The notes under the pieces are model-generated. The model saw nothing but the letters and a program-made list of their open reading frames with translations. It had not been told where the DNA came from and searched no databases. This document shows positions 1 through 8,495 of a stretch of 60,779 nucleotides of DNA, in pieces. Location of the stretch: the UHGV virus genome UHGV-0247086, one strand, 5' to 3'. The position numbers and the translations under genes were made by a program. Numbering within the stretch: position 1 is the stretch's first letter; every line of letters begins with the position of its first letter. This DNA is from a virus.

Positions 1-13
1 CCACGCTATATGG

Positions 14-1072
14 GTGAGTCGCTACAGTACCGGCGTTGCCAACAGGATGATAAAAGTCCTGAATGACAGCGACGCCGAACTTACCGCAAGGTTGCTGGTG
101 GCTATTGATACGCTGGACGCTGAGAGCTTTACCGTTTCTAGGCTGGAAGCGTTACTGGTAAGCGTCAGGGCAATAAACAAGGATGCGATTCAGTCGATGT
201 ATGCAGCTCTTACTGCCGAGTTGCAGGAACTGGCGAAGCACGAAGCCACTTTTCAGATGAGCCTCTTCCAGTTTGCTATTCCCGACGATGTTCTTGCTCT
301 TCATCCGCTGGTGGGCATCTCCCCGGATGCGGTTTATGCCGCGGCGATGGGGCGTCCATTCCAGGGACGTTTGCTGAGTGAATGGGCCAGCAACCTCGAA
401 GCTGATCGGATGGCGCGCATATCCAATACGGTGCGGCAGGGATTCCTGCTGGGCGATACGCAGGAGCAAATCGCAAAAAAGGTCCGTGGCCATGCTAATC
501 GTGGTTACCAGGATGGTGCGCTGCAGATGAGCCGGGCCAATGCAGCCAGCATTGCAAAAACGGCAGTAGGGCATCTTGCATCGACAGCCAGGCAAAGCTT
601 TGCGTCGGCGAACGACGACATTCTGAAGGGTAAGCAGTGGTTATCTACTTTGGATAACCGGACATCAAAGGATTGTCGGATCCGCGACCGACTCAAGTAC
701 ACGCTGGATAACAAACCGATAGGGCACAAGGTGCCTTATTTGCAGGGACCTGGGAAAATCCACTTTTGCTGTCGGAGCACCGAAACTTACATCCTGAAAT
801 CGTCCGAGGAATTAGGTATTAAAGTCGGCGAAATCGAGGATAGTTCGCGCGCCAGCATGGATGGACAGGTTCCGGCTGACACGAATTACCAGGACTGGTT
901 CTCCCGGCAGTCGTTCACGCGACAAGCTGAGATTGTCGGAGAAACGCGCGCCAGGCTGATTCGTGATGGCGGCATGTCTCCCGATGAGTTCTACAACGAC
1001 AGAGGCGAGTGGCTGACGCTGGACCAGTTGCGCTCAAAGGATGATCAGGCATTCAGAAACGCCAGGCTTTAA
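14..1072 (+). CDS. phage head morphogenesis / minor head protein (SPP1 gp7 / Mu F-like); open to the window edge, and an in-frame ATG at 60739 continues across the end-to-start junction
   Basis: 352 aa ORF by recall resembles F-like head morphogenesis proteins. The reading frame stays open upstream to position 2. It sits directly before the scaffold and capsid genes. Confidence 0.75.
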   Translation: MSRYSTGVANRMIKVLNDSDAELTARLLVAIDTLDAESFTVSRLEALLVSVRAINKDAIQSMYAALTAELQELAKHEATFQMSLFQFAIPDDVLALHPLVGISPDAVYAAAMGRPFQGRLLSEWASNLEADRMARISNTVRQGFLLGDTQEQIAKKVRGHANRGYQDGALQMSRANAASIAKTAVGHLASTARQSFASANDDILKGKQWLSTLDNRTSKDCRIRDRLKYTLDNKPIGHKVPYLQGPGKIHFCCRSTETYILKSSEELGIKVGEIEDSSRASMDGQVPADTNYQDWFSRQSFTRQAEIVGETRARLIRDGGMSPDEFYNDRGEWLTLDQLRSKDDQAFRNARL

Positions 1073-1156
1073 CCAACATATCTTATTCAATCAGGCTGCC
1101 TTCGGGCGGCCTTTTTTATTGGGCCAGGCCCACAGTAACTATCCCAAGGGGACAAC

Positions 1157-1942
1157 ATGCTTATTCGTAACATGCTCATTAAATATTATTCGGCAGCTGG
1201 TGGTGAAGGTGGTGATGGCGGTGGATCCGGTAGTGGTGCGCCCGAGATTACGCCGGAAATCCAAAAGCTGATCGATGAGCAGGTCAGTGCTCAGGTTTCA
1301 GGCCTGAAAAATAAAAATAGTGAGTTACTCGGTAAGCTCAAAGAGTCCACTGAGTCGCTTAAGCGTTTTGAAGGTATCGATCCTGACGCGGTGAAAACTA
1401 TTCTCCAGCGTTTCTCTGATGATGAAGAGGCGCAACTGATCGCCGCCGGGAAAATTGACGAGGTACTGGATAAACGCACTGAGCGGCTACGTGCTGATGT
1501 TGATAAGCAAATCAAAGCCGCTAATGAACGCGCTGAAAAGGCGGAAGCGTTCTCCAACAAATTCCGTGATCGTGTCCTGGGTGATGCTATCCGCAGCGCA
1601 GCGCTTAAGGCTGGCGCGCTGCCAGAAGCATCCGACGATCTGATTCTTCGTGCTAAAGGCACATTCCAGCTCAACGACGAAGGCGAGGCCGTAGCAGTTG
1701 ATGCAAATGGCGATGTTCTGTTCGGTAAAGACGGAAAAACTCCGCTCACCCCGGTTGAGTGGGCTGAATCCCTGAAAGAGACGGCCCCGCACCTGTTCCC
1801 GCGCGCCGAAGGCTCCGGGGCTGGTGGTCATAAACCCGGTGGCGGTGGCGGTAGTCTGAAACGTTCAGAAATGAGCTCAAGCGACAAAGCGGACTACATC
1901 CGCAAACATGGCCAGCAGGCCTATCTCAAATTGCCTAAGTAA
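1157..1942 (+). CDS. phage scaffolding protein
   Basis: 261 aa with Gly-rich termini, a charged coiled-coil-like centre and a KLIDEQ motif. It lies between head morphogenesis and major capsid genes. RBS AAGGGGA. Confidence 0.65.
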   Translation: MLIRNMLIKYYSAAGGEGGDGGGSGSGAPEITPEIQKLIDEQVSAQVSGLKNKNSELLGKLKESTESLKRFEGIDPDAVKTILQRFSDDEEAQLIAAGKIDEVLDKRTERLRADVDKQIKAANERAEKAEAFSNKFRDRVLGDAIRSAALKAGALPEASDDLILRAKGTFQLNDEGEAVAVDANGDVLFGKDGKTPLTPVEWAESLKETAPHLFPRAEGSGAGGHKPGGGGGSLKRSEMSSSDKADYIRKHGQQAYLKLPK

Positions 1943-1952
1943 GGACTAATCA

Positions 1953-2906
1953 ATGCCTACGACCGTAAACAATGACCTGATTATCTATGACGACCTCGCG
2001 CAGACTGCGTTTCTTGAGCGTCGCCAGGATAATCTGGAAGTCTTCAACGCCGCTTCAAACGGCGCAATCATTCTCGACAACGAACTGATCGAGGGTGATT
2101 TTCGCAAGCGCACCTTCTATAAAGTTGGTGGTTCTATCGAATCGCGCAACGTTAACTCCACCGACCCGGTAACGGGTAAAAAAATCGGTGCCGGCGAATC
2201 TGTCAGCGTCAAGGCGCCGTGGAAATACGGCCCGTATGAAACCACGGAGGAGGCGTTTAAACGTCGGGGTCGCGACGTTAGCGAATTCTCCGAGGTGATC
2301 GGCGTCGACGTCGCTGATGCAACGCTTGAAGGTTATATCAAGTATGCCCTACAGGGTCTTGTTGCAGCCATTGGCGCAAATGCTGACATGACGGTATCCG
2401 CGGATATTGCCACTGATGGTAAGAAAACGCTGACCCGTGGCCTGCGTAAATACGGCGATAAATTTAACCGTGTTGCGCTGTTCGTTATGCATTCCACGAC
2501 CTATTTCGACATTGTTGATCAGGCTATCGACAACAAAATTTACGAAGAAGCTGGCGTGGTGGTTTATGGCGGACAGCCAGGCACGTTGGGTAAACCGGTG
2601 CTGGTAACTGACACCATGCCAGTTGATGCGATTCTGGGGCTGGTGGCCGGCGCGGTATCCGTAACGGAATCACAGGCTCCGGGCTTCCGTTCCTACGATA
2701 TCAACGACCAGGAAAACCTTGCCATTGGCTATCGCGCAGAGGGCACGGTTAACGTTGAACTGCTGGGTTACAGCTGGGATGAGACGAAGGGCGCTAACCC
2801 TGACCTGACCAAAATCGGCACCGGCGCGAACTGGAAGAAACATTTCACCAGTAACAAATCCACTGCAGGCGTACTGATTAAGCTGGAAGCCCCTGCGGGG
2901 GAGTAA
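1953..2906 (+). CDS. major capsid protein
   Basis: 317 aa in the canonical position after the scaffold gene, with a good RBS (AAGGA). Product is assigned from its position in the head-gene order. Confidence 0.8.
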   Translation: MPTTVNNDLIIYDDLAQTAFLERRQDNLEVFNAASNGAIILDNELIEGDFRKRTFYKVGGSIESRNVNSTDPVTGKKIGAGESVSVKAPWKYGPYETTEEAFKRRGRDVSEFSEVIGVDVADATLEGYIKYALQGLVAAIGANADMTVSADIATDGKKTLTRGLRKYGDKFNRVALFVMHSTTYFDIVDQAIDNKIYEEAGVVVYGGQPGTLGKPVLVTDTMPVDAILGLVAGAVSVTESQAPGFRSYDINDQENLAIGYRAEGTVNVELLGYSWDETKGANPDLTKIGTGANWKKHFTSNKSTAGVLIKLEAPAGE

Positions 2907-2914
2907 CCCTGTCA

Positions 2915-3187
2915 GTGGATAAAACTTCCGCAACTGCTGACAGTACCGACGCGGTGACCGTTTCGCTCAAGTACACCAGAAATGGTGCAGGAGTCTCCGG
3001 GGCATCTGTGGCGTGGACGTCTACAGGCGGCACACTCAGTGCTTCGACGTCACAGACAGGGTCTGCTGGTGGCTCGACGGTGAAACTCACCTCTGCTACG
3101 GCCGGCTCCTTCACGGTGACGGCTACCGTTGACGGCGTGGTGAAAACAACTGAAGCGATCGCGTTCACTGCTCCTGCGGGTGGTTAA
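2915..3187 (+). CDS. bacterial Ig-like (Big) domain protein; head decoration or possible capsid C-terminal extension
   Basis: 90 aa Thr/Ser/Val-rich beta-sandwich-like sequence (SFTVTATVDG). It is in the -1 frame relative to the capsid gene, and that frame is open from 2882. GGGGAG lies 12 nt upstream of the GTG. Confidence 0.55.
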   Translation: MDKTSATADSTDAVTVSLKYTRNGAGVSGASVAWTSTGGTLSASTSQTGSAGGSTVKLTSATAGSFTVTATVDGVVKTTEAIAFTAPAGG

Positions 3188-3189
3188 CC

Positions 3190-3215
3190 GACGGGGCGAA
3201 AGCCCCGTTTCTTTT
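3190..3215 (+). terminator. rho-independent terminator after the capsid/Ig genes
   Basis: ACGGGGC-GAAA-GCCCCGT hairpin followed by a T-run. Confidence 0.6.
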
Positions 3216-3227
3216 GGTGAGGATCCG

Positions 3228-3623
3228 ATGACCGTTTATATAACAATCCAGGACGTTGACGAGTTGCTGGGGGATACCTGGGCTGCCGCCGACAAAAAGG
3301 CTAAAGCCGTGCTACAGGCAAATACCTGGATGACGGCGCTTAGCCTTCAGGATATCGAGCCGGAGGATATCCCTGAAGAAGTTAAGCAGGCCGGAGCGTT
3401 TATCGCTTCCGTAGCCGCTGCAGGCAATCTGTATCAGCAAAAAACAGATTCCGGCGTGGTGACGAGCAAAAGCGTTGAGGCCGACGATGTGAAGGTTTCC
3501 CGCACTTTTGCCGAGCTTTCAACCACCAGCACTGAATTACTCGATCCTGATTTGCAGCTGGCGCTGGATATGCTCAAACCGTGGATGATTAACCCGTTTC
3601 AGACGTTCTTTGTGAGGGCGTGA
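3228..3623 (+). CDS. head-tail connector / adaptor protein (gp6-like)
   Basis: ATG at 3228 with RBS GGTGAGGA. Size and position match head-tail adaptor proteins. Confidence 0.55.
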   Translation: MTVYITIQDVDELLGDTWAAADKKAKAVLQANTWMTALSLQDIEPEDIPEEVKQAGAFIASVAAAGNLYQQKTDSGVVTSKSVEADDVKVSRTFAELSTTSTELLDPDLQLALDMLKPWMINPFQTFFVRA

Positions 3624-3624
3624 T

Positions 3625-3879
3625 ATGTCCGATTTGAAGGTGGTCCCATTTCAAAAGCCCAGCCATCACAACCTCGATAACGACCAGGTTATTCGCCTGC
3701 TGAAACAGGCTCTGGAGAGAGCCGAAAACGGCGGCTGCCACAGTGTCGCAGTGATACAGCTTGATGATGAGGGTAACGCGATTGATTGCTGGCATAACGG
3801 TGGGCGCCCCTATGTGATGGTTGGTGCTATGGAGTCGCTTAAAACTGACTTTATTCATGCTCATATTGAGCGGCGGTAA
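3625..3879 (+). CDS. hypothetical phage structural-module protein
   Basis: 84 aa ORF starting at the stop of the upstream adaptor gene, inside the structural operon. Confidence 0.45.
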   Translation: MSDLKVVPFQKPSHHNLDNDQVIRLLKQALERAENGGCHSVAVIQLDDEGNAIDCWHNGGRPYVMVGAMESLKTDFIHAHIERR

Positions 3880-3888
3880 GGGGGTAGC

Positions 3889-4122
3889 ATGCAAAATCCA
3901 GATGTGCATTATGCCGGTGACGGGCTCGGTCCCCGCGATGTGTTTGTGAATGGAAACCCGATCAGACATGTCGTTTACGCAAACCCTGCAAAGGGCGTTG
4001 TTGAGTTTGCTCCGCTCCCGCTGCGGGTTAAGCGCAATGGCGAAATTTATACCCGCAAACTCCACGGTACAGTGATCGTTAAACCTCAGCAGCGTATTGG
4101 TGGGTGCAATGGGCATTCGTGA
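3889..4122 (+). CDS. hypothetical phage protein (small structural-module protein)
   Basis: 77 aa ORF with RBS GGGGGTAG, co-linear with the structural module. Confidence 0.45.
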   Translation: MQNPDVHYAGDGLGPRDVFVNGNPIRHVVYANPAKGVVEFAPLPLRVKRNGEIYTRKLHGTVIVKPQQRIGGCNGHS

Positions 4123-4492
4123 CGAGCTGCAAACCGAAGTCGCCGCGGCATTCGATACCGACCTGCAGGATGCCGTTAAGGATTTCACTGGGTCATATAC
4201 CGTTCGGGGTGCCTGGGACCCGGTGACGGAAACCGGCACTGAAACGCAGGTGACTTACTCGGGGCGTGGAGTGCTGGCGCGCTATAAGCTGCGCCGTATC
4301 GATGGCGTTAACATTCTGCATGGTGATGTGAAGCTAACCGCCCTGGTTAACGAGGTGACTGACAAGCCGGCCGTCGGGCATATCATCACCGCACCGGATC
4401 CGATTACGGGTGAGCTTCAGCGCTACGAGGTCATCACCGCTTCTTCCGACTCTGCGGGCGCTGCGTACTCCATTCAACTGCGGAGAGCGTGA
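4109..4492 (+). CDS. head-tail joining / head closure protein
   Basis: ATG at 4109 (an alternative TTG lies at 4097). About 128 aa, between the connector and tail genes. Confidence 0.5.
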   Translation: MGIRDELQTEVAAAFDTDLQDAVKDFTGSYTVRGAWDPVTETGTETQVTYSGRGVLARYKLRRIDGVNILHGDVKLTALVNEVTDKPAVGHIITAPDPITGELQRYEVITASSDSAGAAYSIQLRRA

Positions 4493-4493
4493 T

Positions 4494-5045
4494 ATGGCTA
4501 AGGGCTGGAACATCGACCCGGCGGCATTCGCCGGGCTGGTGGAAGACGATGTGAGGTTACGGCAGAGAACCATCGCCATTCAGCTGCTGAATGAAATTGT
4601 TCAACGGTCGCCGGTAGGAAACCCGGAGCTGTGGGCCATCAACGCGACCGCGGTTCAATACAACAAAGCTGTTGGGGAATGGAACGAATCTCTTTATGCC
4701 GATCCTGCTAACCTGACCAAAACCGGAAGGCTCAGGAAGAAAGTCCGTGTTAATGACAGCATGGATATCAGGCAGCCGGCTGAGTATCGCGCAGGAACCT
4801 TCAGCGCATCGCATTTTGTCAGCATCGGCGAACCTGATCATTCCGTCCCGACCGAACCGGATCCGCGCGGAACGATGACGTTTCTTAATGGCAAAAATAT
4901 CATTGACCAGGCGCCAGCCTACTCGGTGATTTACATCCAGTCGAACCTGCCTTACTCCGTGCCTCTGGAGAATGGCCACTCAACGCAAGCGCCGACAGGC
5001 GTCTATGCCGTCTCGTTTAATGGTGTGATTCAGGCCTACAAATGA
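4494..5045 (+). CDS. tail completion / neck protein (HK97 gp10-like)
   Basis: ATG at 4494 with RBS GGAGAG, 184 aa, in the expected position. Confidence 0.5.
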   Translation: MAKGWNIDPAAFAGLVEDDVRLRQRTIAIQLLNEIVQRSPVGNPELWAINATAVQYNKAVGEWNESLYADPANLTKTGRLRKKVRVNDSMDIRQPAEYRAGTFSASHFVSIGEPDHSVPTEPDPRGTMTFLNGKNIIDQAPAYSVIYIQSNLPYSVPLENGHSTQAPTGVYAVSFNGVIQAYK

Positions 5046-5434
5046 CCTTCACAGAAATCAGAAACGCTGTCATTTCCCGAATGGCGGCACAGACCGCTAT
5101 TGCCTCTGATGCGGTGGATTATCCCAATGGCCCGGTATTTGACCCCAGTAACCGCGATATCTGGGCCCGCCTAACCAACATTGCTGGGCAGGCTGGCGCA
5201 ACCGAGATCGGGGACGGGCCGGTAGTTCATAGGACGGGCTTACTCATCATTCAGCTGTTTGTTCCGGTCGGTTCCGGGACGTTGCTTATCTCCCGAACGG
5301 CCGATCAGCTAACGGAGCTATTCGAGTTTAAGGACGACGGAAAGCTGAGTTATTTCGCCGTTTCTGCTGTGCCGGCAGGTGAGACCGATGGCTGGTTACA
5401 GCTCAATCTTCAAATTCCTTATCGCGCTCTGTAG
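5042..5434 (+). CDS. tail terminator protein (gpU-like)
   Basis: 130 aa immediately upstream of the major tail gene. An ATGA start/stop overlap links it to the upstream gene. Confidence 0.55.
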   Translation: MTFTEIRNAVISRMAAQTAIASDAVDYPNGPVFDPSNRDIWARLTNIAGQAGATEIGDGPVVHRTGLLIIQLFVPVGSGTLLISRTADQLTELFEFKDDGKLSYFAVSAVPAGETDGWLQLNLQIPYRAL

Positions 5435-5457
5435 CGCACAAAAAACAGGAGGCTCCT

Positions 5458-6630
5458 GTGAGCTCAGGTGCAAAAGTAGTAGCCGCGTTTATTCGCGAGA
5501 CAACGCCAGGAATCACGCCAACAGCAGGGGCGTGGAACCTGCTGCGTCGTTCTTCATTTGGTCTGAAACCAACGCAGAACACCAATGACAATGACGAAAT
5601 CGCTGGTGACCGCATGGCGCAGGGTGTTTCACGCGGCACAGTGGATGTCGGCGGCGATGTCGGCACGCGGTTTCGCTGGAACCAGCATGATGATTTTCTT
5701 GCCAGCTGCTTCGGTTCCGAATGGGTAAATAACGTGCTGACGATGGGTAATGGTCGCATTACGTTCTCCGTGGCGACTTTTGCCAGTGATGTGGGGATCG
5801 CCCAGATTGCCCGCGGTTGCCAGGTTGGCACCTTCCAGATGGAAATCCCGGCCGATGGTGATATCACTGCAACCATTACGTTTGCAGGGCTGGACTGGGA
5901 GACGAAGGGGGACGATGCCAGCTATTTCACCGCGCCGGTGGATTTAGCGGGGGCGCTGCGTTACTCCTTCAAAGAGGTCACCAACATCCGGCTAAATGGT
6001 GTTGATGGCGGGACAGGCTTCTGCGTCGACACCTTTAACATTCAGTTCGACAACAATATGCAGACCCAGCGCTGCATCGGTACCGGTTCGGCGTTCGCCG
6101 GCGCAAACATTCCGACAACCTTTACCCCGTCAGGTCAAATCACGCTGTCATGGTCAAAAGCTGCCTGGGAGGTTTACAAAAAAACGTTCACCGGCGAAAC
6201 GGTGCCGTTTAGCTTCTCCCTGGAGAATGCTGAAGGCTCCTATACCTTCGATTTCCCGGAAGTGCAGATCTCCGGCGACTGGCCGGATGCGGGGAGCACT
6301 GACATTGTTCAGGTTCAGCTGGATATCACCGCGGCCAATACTCCGCCGACGATTACGCGCGTGCCTAAAGTGCCGGCGACGGCAATCAGTGTTGCGCCAG
6401 CCACTTCAGCTGGGGCCGTGGGATCTACTGTGACGTTAACCGCCACGCTTACGCCAGCTGATTCAACTGATACCGTCCAGTGGACGTCATCGGATCCGAC
6501 TATCGCCAGCGTGGTTTCTACCGGGCAGAAAACAGCGAAAGTCACACGTAACGCAGCCGGCACTGCAACCATCACCGGTAAGGCCCGCACCTTTACGGCA
6601 ACGTCTGAAATCACCGTTACCGCGCCTTAA
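5458..6630 (+). CDS. major tail tube protein with C-terminal Ig-like (Big_2-type) domain
   Basis: GTG start with RBS AGGAGG. C-terminal ~90 aa is an Ig-like beta-sandwich (TATLTPADSTDTVQWTSSDPTIASV), as in lambda gpV-like tail tubes. Confidence 0.8.
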   Translation: MSSGAKVVAAFIRETTPGITPTAGAWNLLRRSSFGLKPTQNTNDNDEIAGDRMAQGVSRGTVDVGGDVGTRFRWNQHDDFLASCFGSEWVNNVLTMGNGRITFSVATFASDVGIAQIARGCQVGTFQMEIPADGDITATITFAGLDWETKGDDASYFTAPVDLAGALRYSFKEVTNIRLNGVDGGTGFCVDTFNIQFDNNMQTQRCIGTGSAFAGANIPTTFTPSGQITLSWSKAAWEVYKKTFTGETVPFSFSLENAEGSYTFDFPEVQISGDWPDAGSTDIVQVQLDITAANTPPTITRVPKVPATAISVAPATSAGAVGSTVTLTATLTPADSTDTVQWTSSDPTIASVVSTGQKTAKVTRNAAGTATITGKARTFTATSEITVTAP

Positions 6631-6683
6631 TTTACCTGGCCCGTTCTGCAGTCATCGCGGATCGGGCTTTTTTGGGAGTCTTT

Positions 6684-7166
6684 ATGCTGATTATTTCTTC
6701 TCAAATTGATTTGAACGGAGAACGCTGGTTTTTCCCTTTCAAAAAGCCAGCAGGAAGTAAAAAGAAATTCACGCCGGAAGACGAGGCGCTATTTAGACTC
6801 CGTCTGCTGGTGGCCAGTAGCGAGAATCCACAATACCGCTCACGCAATGCGCTGGTGCGGCGCCATATCGACAAAATGGACGCGAGCTACCAGGTCGGTA
6901 CGGATGCTTTCGATCTCGCCTGTGTGGGCGAGATTGACTCGGTTGATGATCTTCTCATCGACAATTGCGCGCGCTTTCTTCTGAAAGACTGGGAAGGCGT
7001 GGGGGAGCTGGTGGATGGTACGGAGACGGCCGTAGCGTATACACCGGAGCGTGGTGTTGCGTTACTGAAGCAAAACCCCTCTCTGTACTGGCTTATTCTG
7101 GCTGAGGCAGCGAACATTGCTCGGGGTAAGGAGCGGCAGACTCAGGAAACCGTAAAAAAGCCATAG
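6684..7166 (+). CDS. tail assembly chaperone (gpG-like)
   Basis: ATG at 6684 with RBS GGGAG. It ends at TAG 7164-7166, immediately after the slippery heptamer A_AAA_AAG (7153-7159). Confidence 0.75.
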   Translation: MLIISSQIDLNGERWFFPFKKPAGSKKKFTPEDEALFRLRLLVASSENPQYRSRNALVRRHIDKMDASYQVGTDAFDLACVGEIDSVDDLLIDNCARFLLKDWEGVGELVDGTETAVAYTPERGVALLKQNPSLYWLILAEAANIARGKERQTQETVKKP

Positions 7167-7510
7167 AGGCCCAAAAGTGGCTAAAGGAATTCGCCGGCGA
7201 GCAGGGCGAGAAAGCAAAGTGGCGCAGGGAGAAACTAAATCTCCCGCCCATTCCGGAGCCTGAAATTGATGCGGTCACTGGGGAGATCCTCAACGCTTAC
7301 GCCATGATATCGCGCGGCAGGAAGTATGCCGGCATGGCCGGAGTGCCGCTCCCTCTATCCCTTAATGATATTGAGCTTTACCTGGCATCGCGCACCATCC
7401 TGATCGACCGCATTGAATTTGATGCAGCGATACTGGCCCTTGATGATGCCTGGAGGGCTGAGTGGGCAGAGGCACAGAAACGTGCAGCAGATAAGAAAGG
7501 AAGCAACTGA
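6684..7510 (+). CDS. tail assembly chaperone GT-like fusion via -1 programmed frameshift (join 6684..7159, 7159..7510)
   Basis: A_AAA_AAG sits in frame 0 just before the G stop. The -1 frame is open without stops from 7159 to 7510 and encodes a 117-aa extension. Confidence 0.65.
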
Positions 7511-7552
7511 CCTACCATTAATGGTGGTCCATGCTACTAAAAGTCGATGATA

Positions 7553-7581
7553 GGATGTTTCCGATTGCAATCAAAGGAAAC
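7553..7581 (+). promoter_or_regulatory. 8-bp perfect hairpin sequestering the RBS of the moron lipoprotein gene
   Basis: ATGTTTCC (13-nt loop) GGAAACAT. The 3' arm overlaps the SD AGGAAACAT of the ATG at 7587. Confidence 0.4.
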
Positions 7582-7586
7582 ATATA

Positions 7587-7943
7587 ATGAAAAAAGTCAT
7601 CGCCTTGGCGCTTGGAGCGCTGTTACTTTCTGGTTGTACAGTACGTGTTGCAGATTTGACTGTGGCGAGTACTAAAAATTACAACCTCAATGGGGGTAAG
7701 TTCTATAAAGGGAAACGTGTAACAGCAGAAGATAGCTATCCGGTTATCATCTTCCCTCTTGGCATCCCGAACGTTAAAACAGCCGCTGATCGAGCGATTG
7801 AAAAAGATCGCTGTGCAGTTGGTCTGTCTGACGTAGTTGTCACTCAACTTAACCACTCCTTCCTGTTCGGTAAGATTGGTCTGCGTGTTGAGGGTAATCT
7901 TGTGATTGACCGCAGCCTGCCGGGTTGTGAGAACGCAAGCTGA
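7587..7943 (+). CDS. secreted lipoprotein (moron between tail chaperones and tape measure)
   Basis: Signal peptide plus lipobox LLLSGC. Own RBS and a downstream terminator. Two conserved Cys. Confidence 0.7.
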   Translation: MKKVIALALGALLLSGCTVRVADLTVASTKNYNLNGGKFYKGKRVTAEDSYPVIIFPLGIPNVKTAADRAIEKDRCAVGLSDVVVTQLNHSFLFGKIGLRVEGNLVIDRSLPGCENAS

Positions 7944-7948
7944 ATGAT

Positions 7949-7973
7949 AAAGCCACCATCGGGTGGCTTTTTA
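7949..7973 (+). terminator. rho-independent terminator
   Basis: AGCCACC-ATCG-GGTGGCT followed by TTTTT. Confidence 0.7.
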
Positions 7974-7990
7974 ATTAATGGGGTAGACAA

Positions 7991-8422
7991 GTGAAGATTA
8001 TTGGATACTTAGCGATTGTAATAGGGGTGATCTTTGCTGTATCGGCGCTATTTATGGATGTGACAGTAGCGACAAGCGGTGGCTATAGGGTTAACAATCT
8101 TGGATTAATGTCATCGCGCCAAAATTACATGATATTTGGAGGTTTCGTAGCCATCGCAGGTATCATTATTGCTCTGGTGGGAGATAAGCTAAAAGCGTCC
8201 GGAACTTCAGTCAAATGCCCTTACTGCGCAGAATTAATAAATTCCGAAGCGGTGAAGTGCAAGCATTGCGGGAGTGATGTAACTCCTTCGAAGATAATAG
8301 CTAACACTGACAATACTGGAGCTAGTGATAAGCTGGCTGATGTCAATGTAAAGTTAATCGCTGGAATTGCAATTACTGTCTTTGCGGTGATTATCGTAGC
8401 AATAATGTTTTACCGCCAATGA
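7991..8422 (+). CDS. membrane protein with cytoplasmic zinc-ribbon (CPYC...CKHC), second moron
   Basis: N- and C-terminal hydrophobic helices flank a CxxC-(11)-CxxC motif. GTG start. AT-richer than the flanking tail genes. Confidence 0.55.
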   Translation: MKIIGYLAIVIGVIFAVSALFMDVTVATSGGYRVNNLGLMSSRQNYMIFGGFVAIAGIIIALVGDKLKASGTSVKCPYCAELINSEAVKCKHCGSDVTPSKIIANTDNTGASDKLADVNVKLIAGIAITVFAVIIVAIMFYRQ

Positions 8423-8452
8423 AGTAAAGACCCGACAGTTTCAAAAAGTTCC

Positions 8453-8477
8453 AACCTCGCTTTGGCGGGGTTTTTTA
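8453..8477 (+). terminator. putative terminator before the tape measure gene
   Basis: CCTCGC-TTTG-GCGGGG hairpin (one mismatch) followed by TTTTTT. Confidence 0.4.
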
Positions 8478-8495
8478 TTGCCCGGAGAAAAGCAC

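Noticed and set aside
5996-6614. Alternate-frame ORF (5996-6433 +) and antisense ORF (6315-6614 -) within the major tail gene
   Set aside because: Overlap a high-confidence structural gene. Products are Arg-rich or low complexity.
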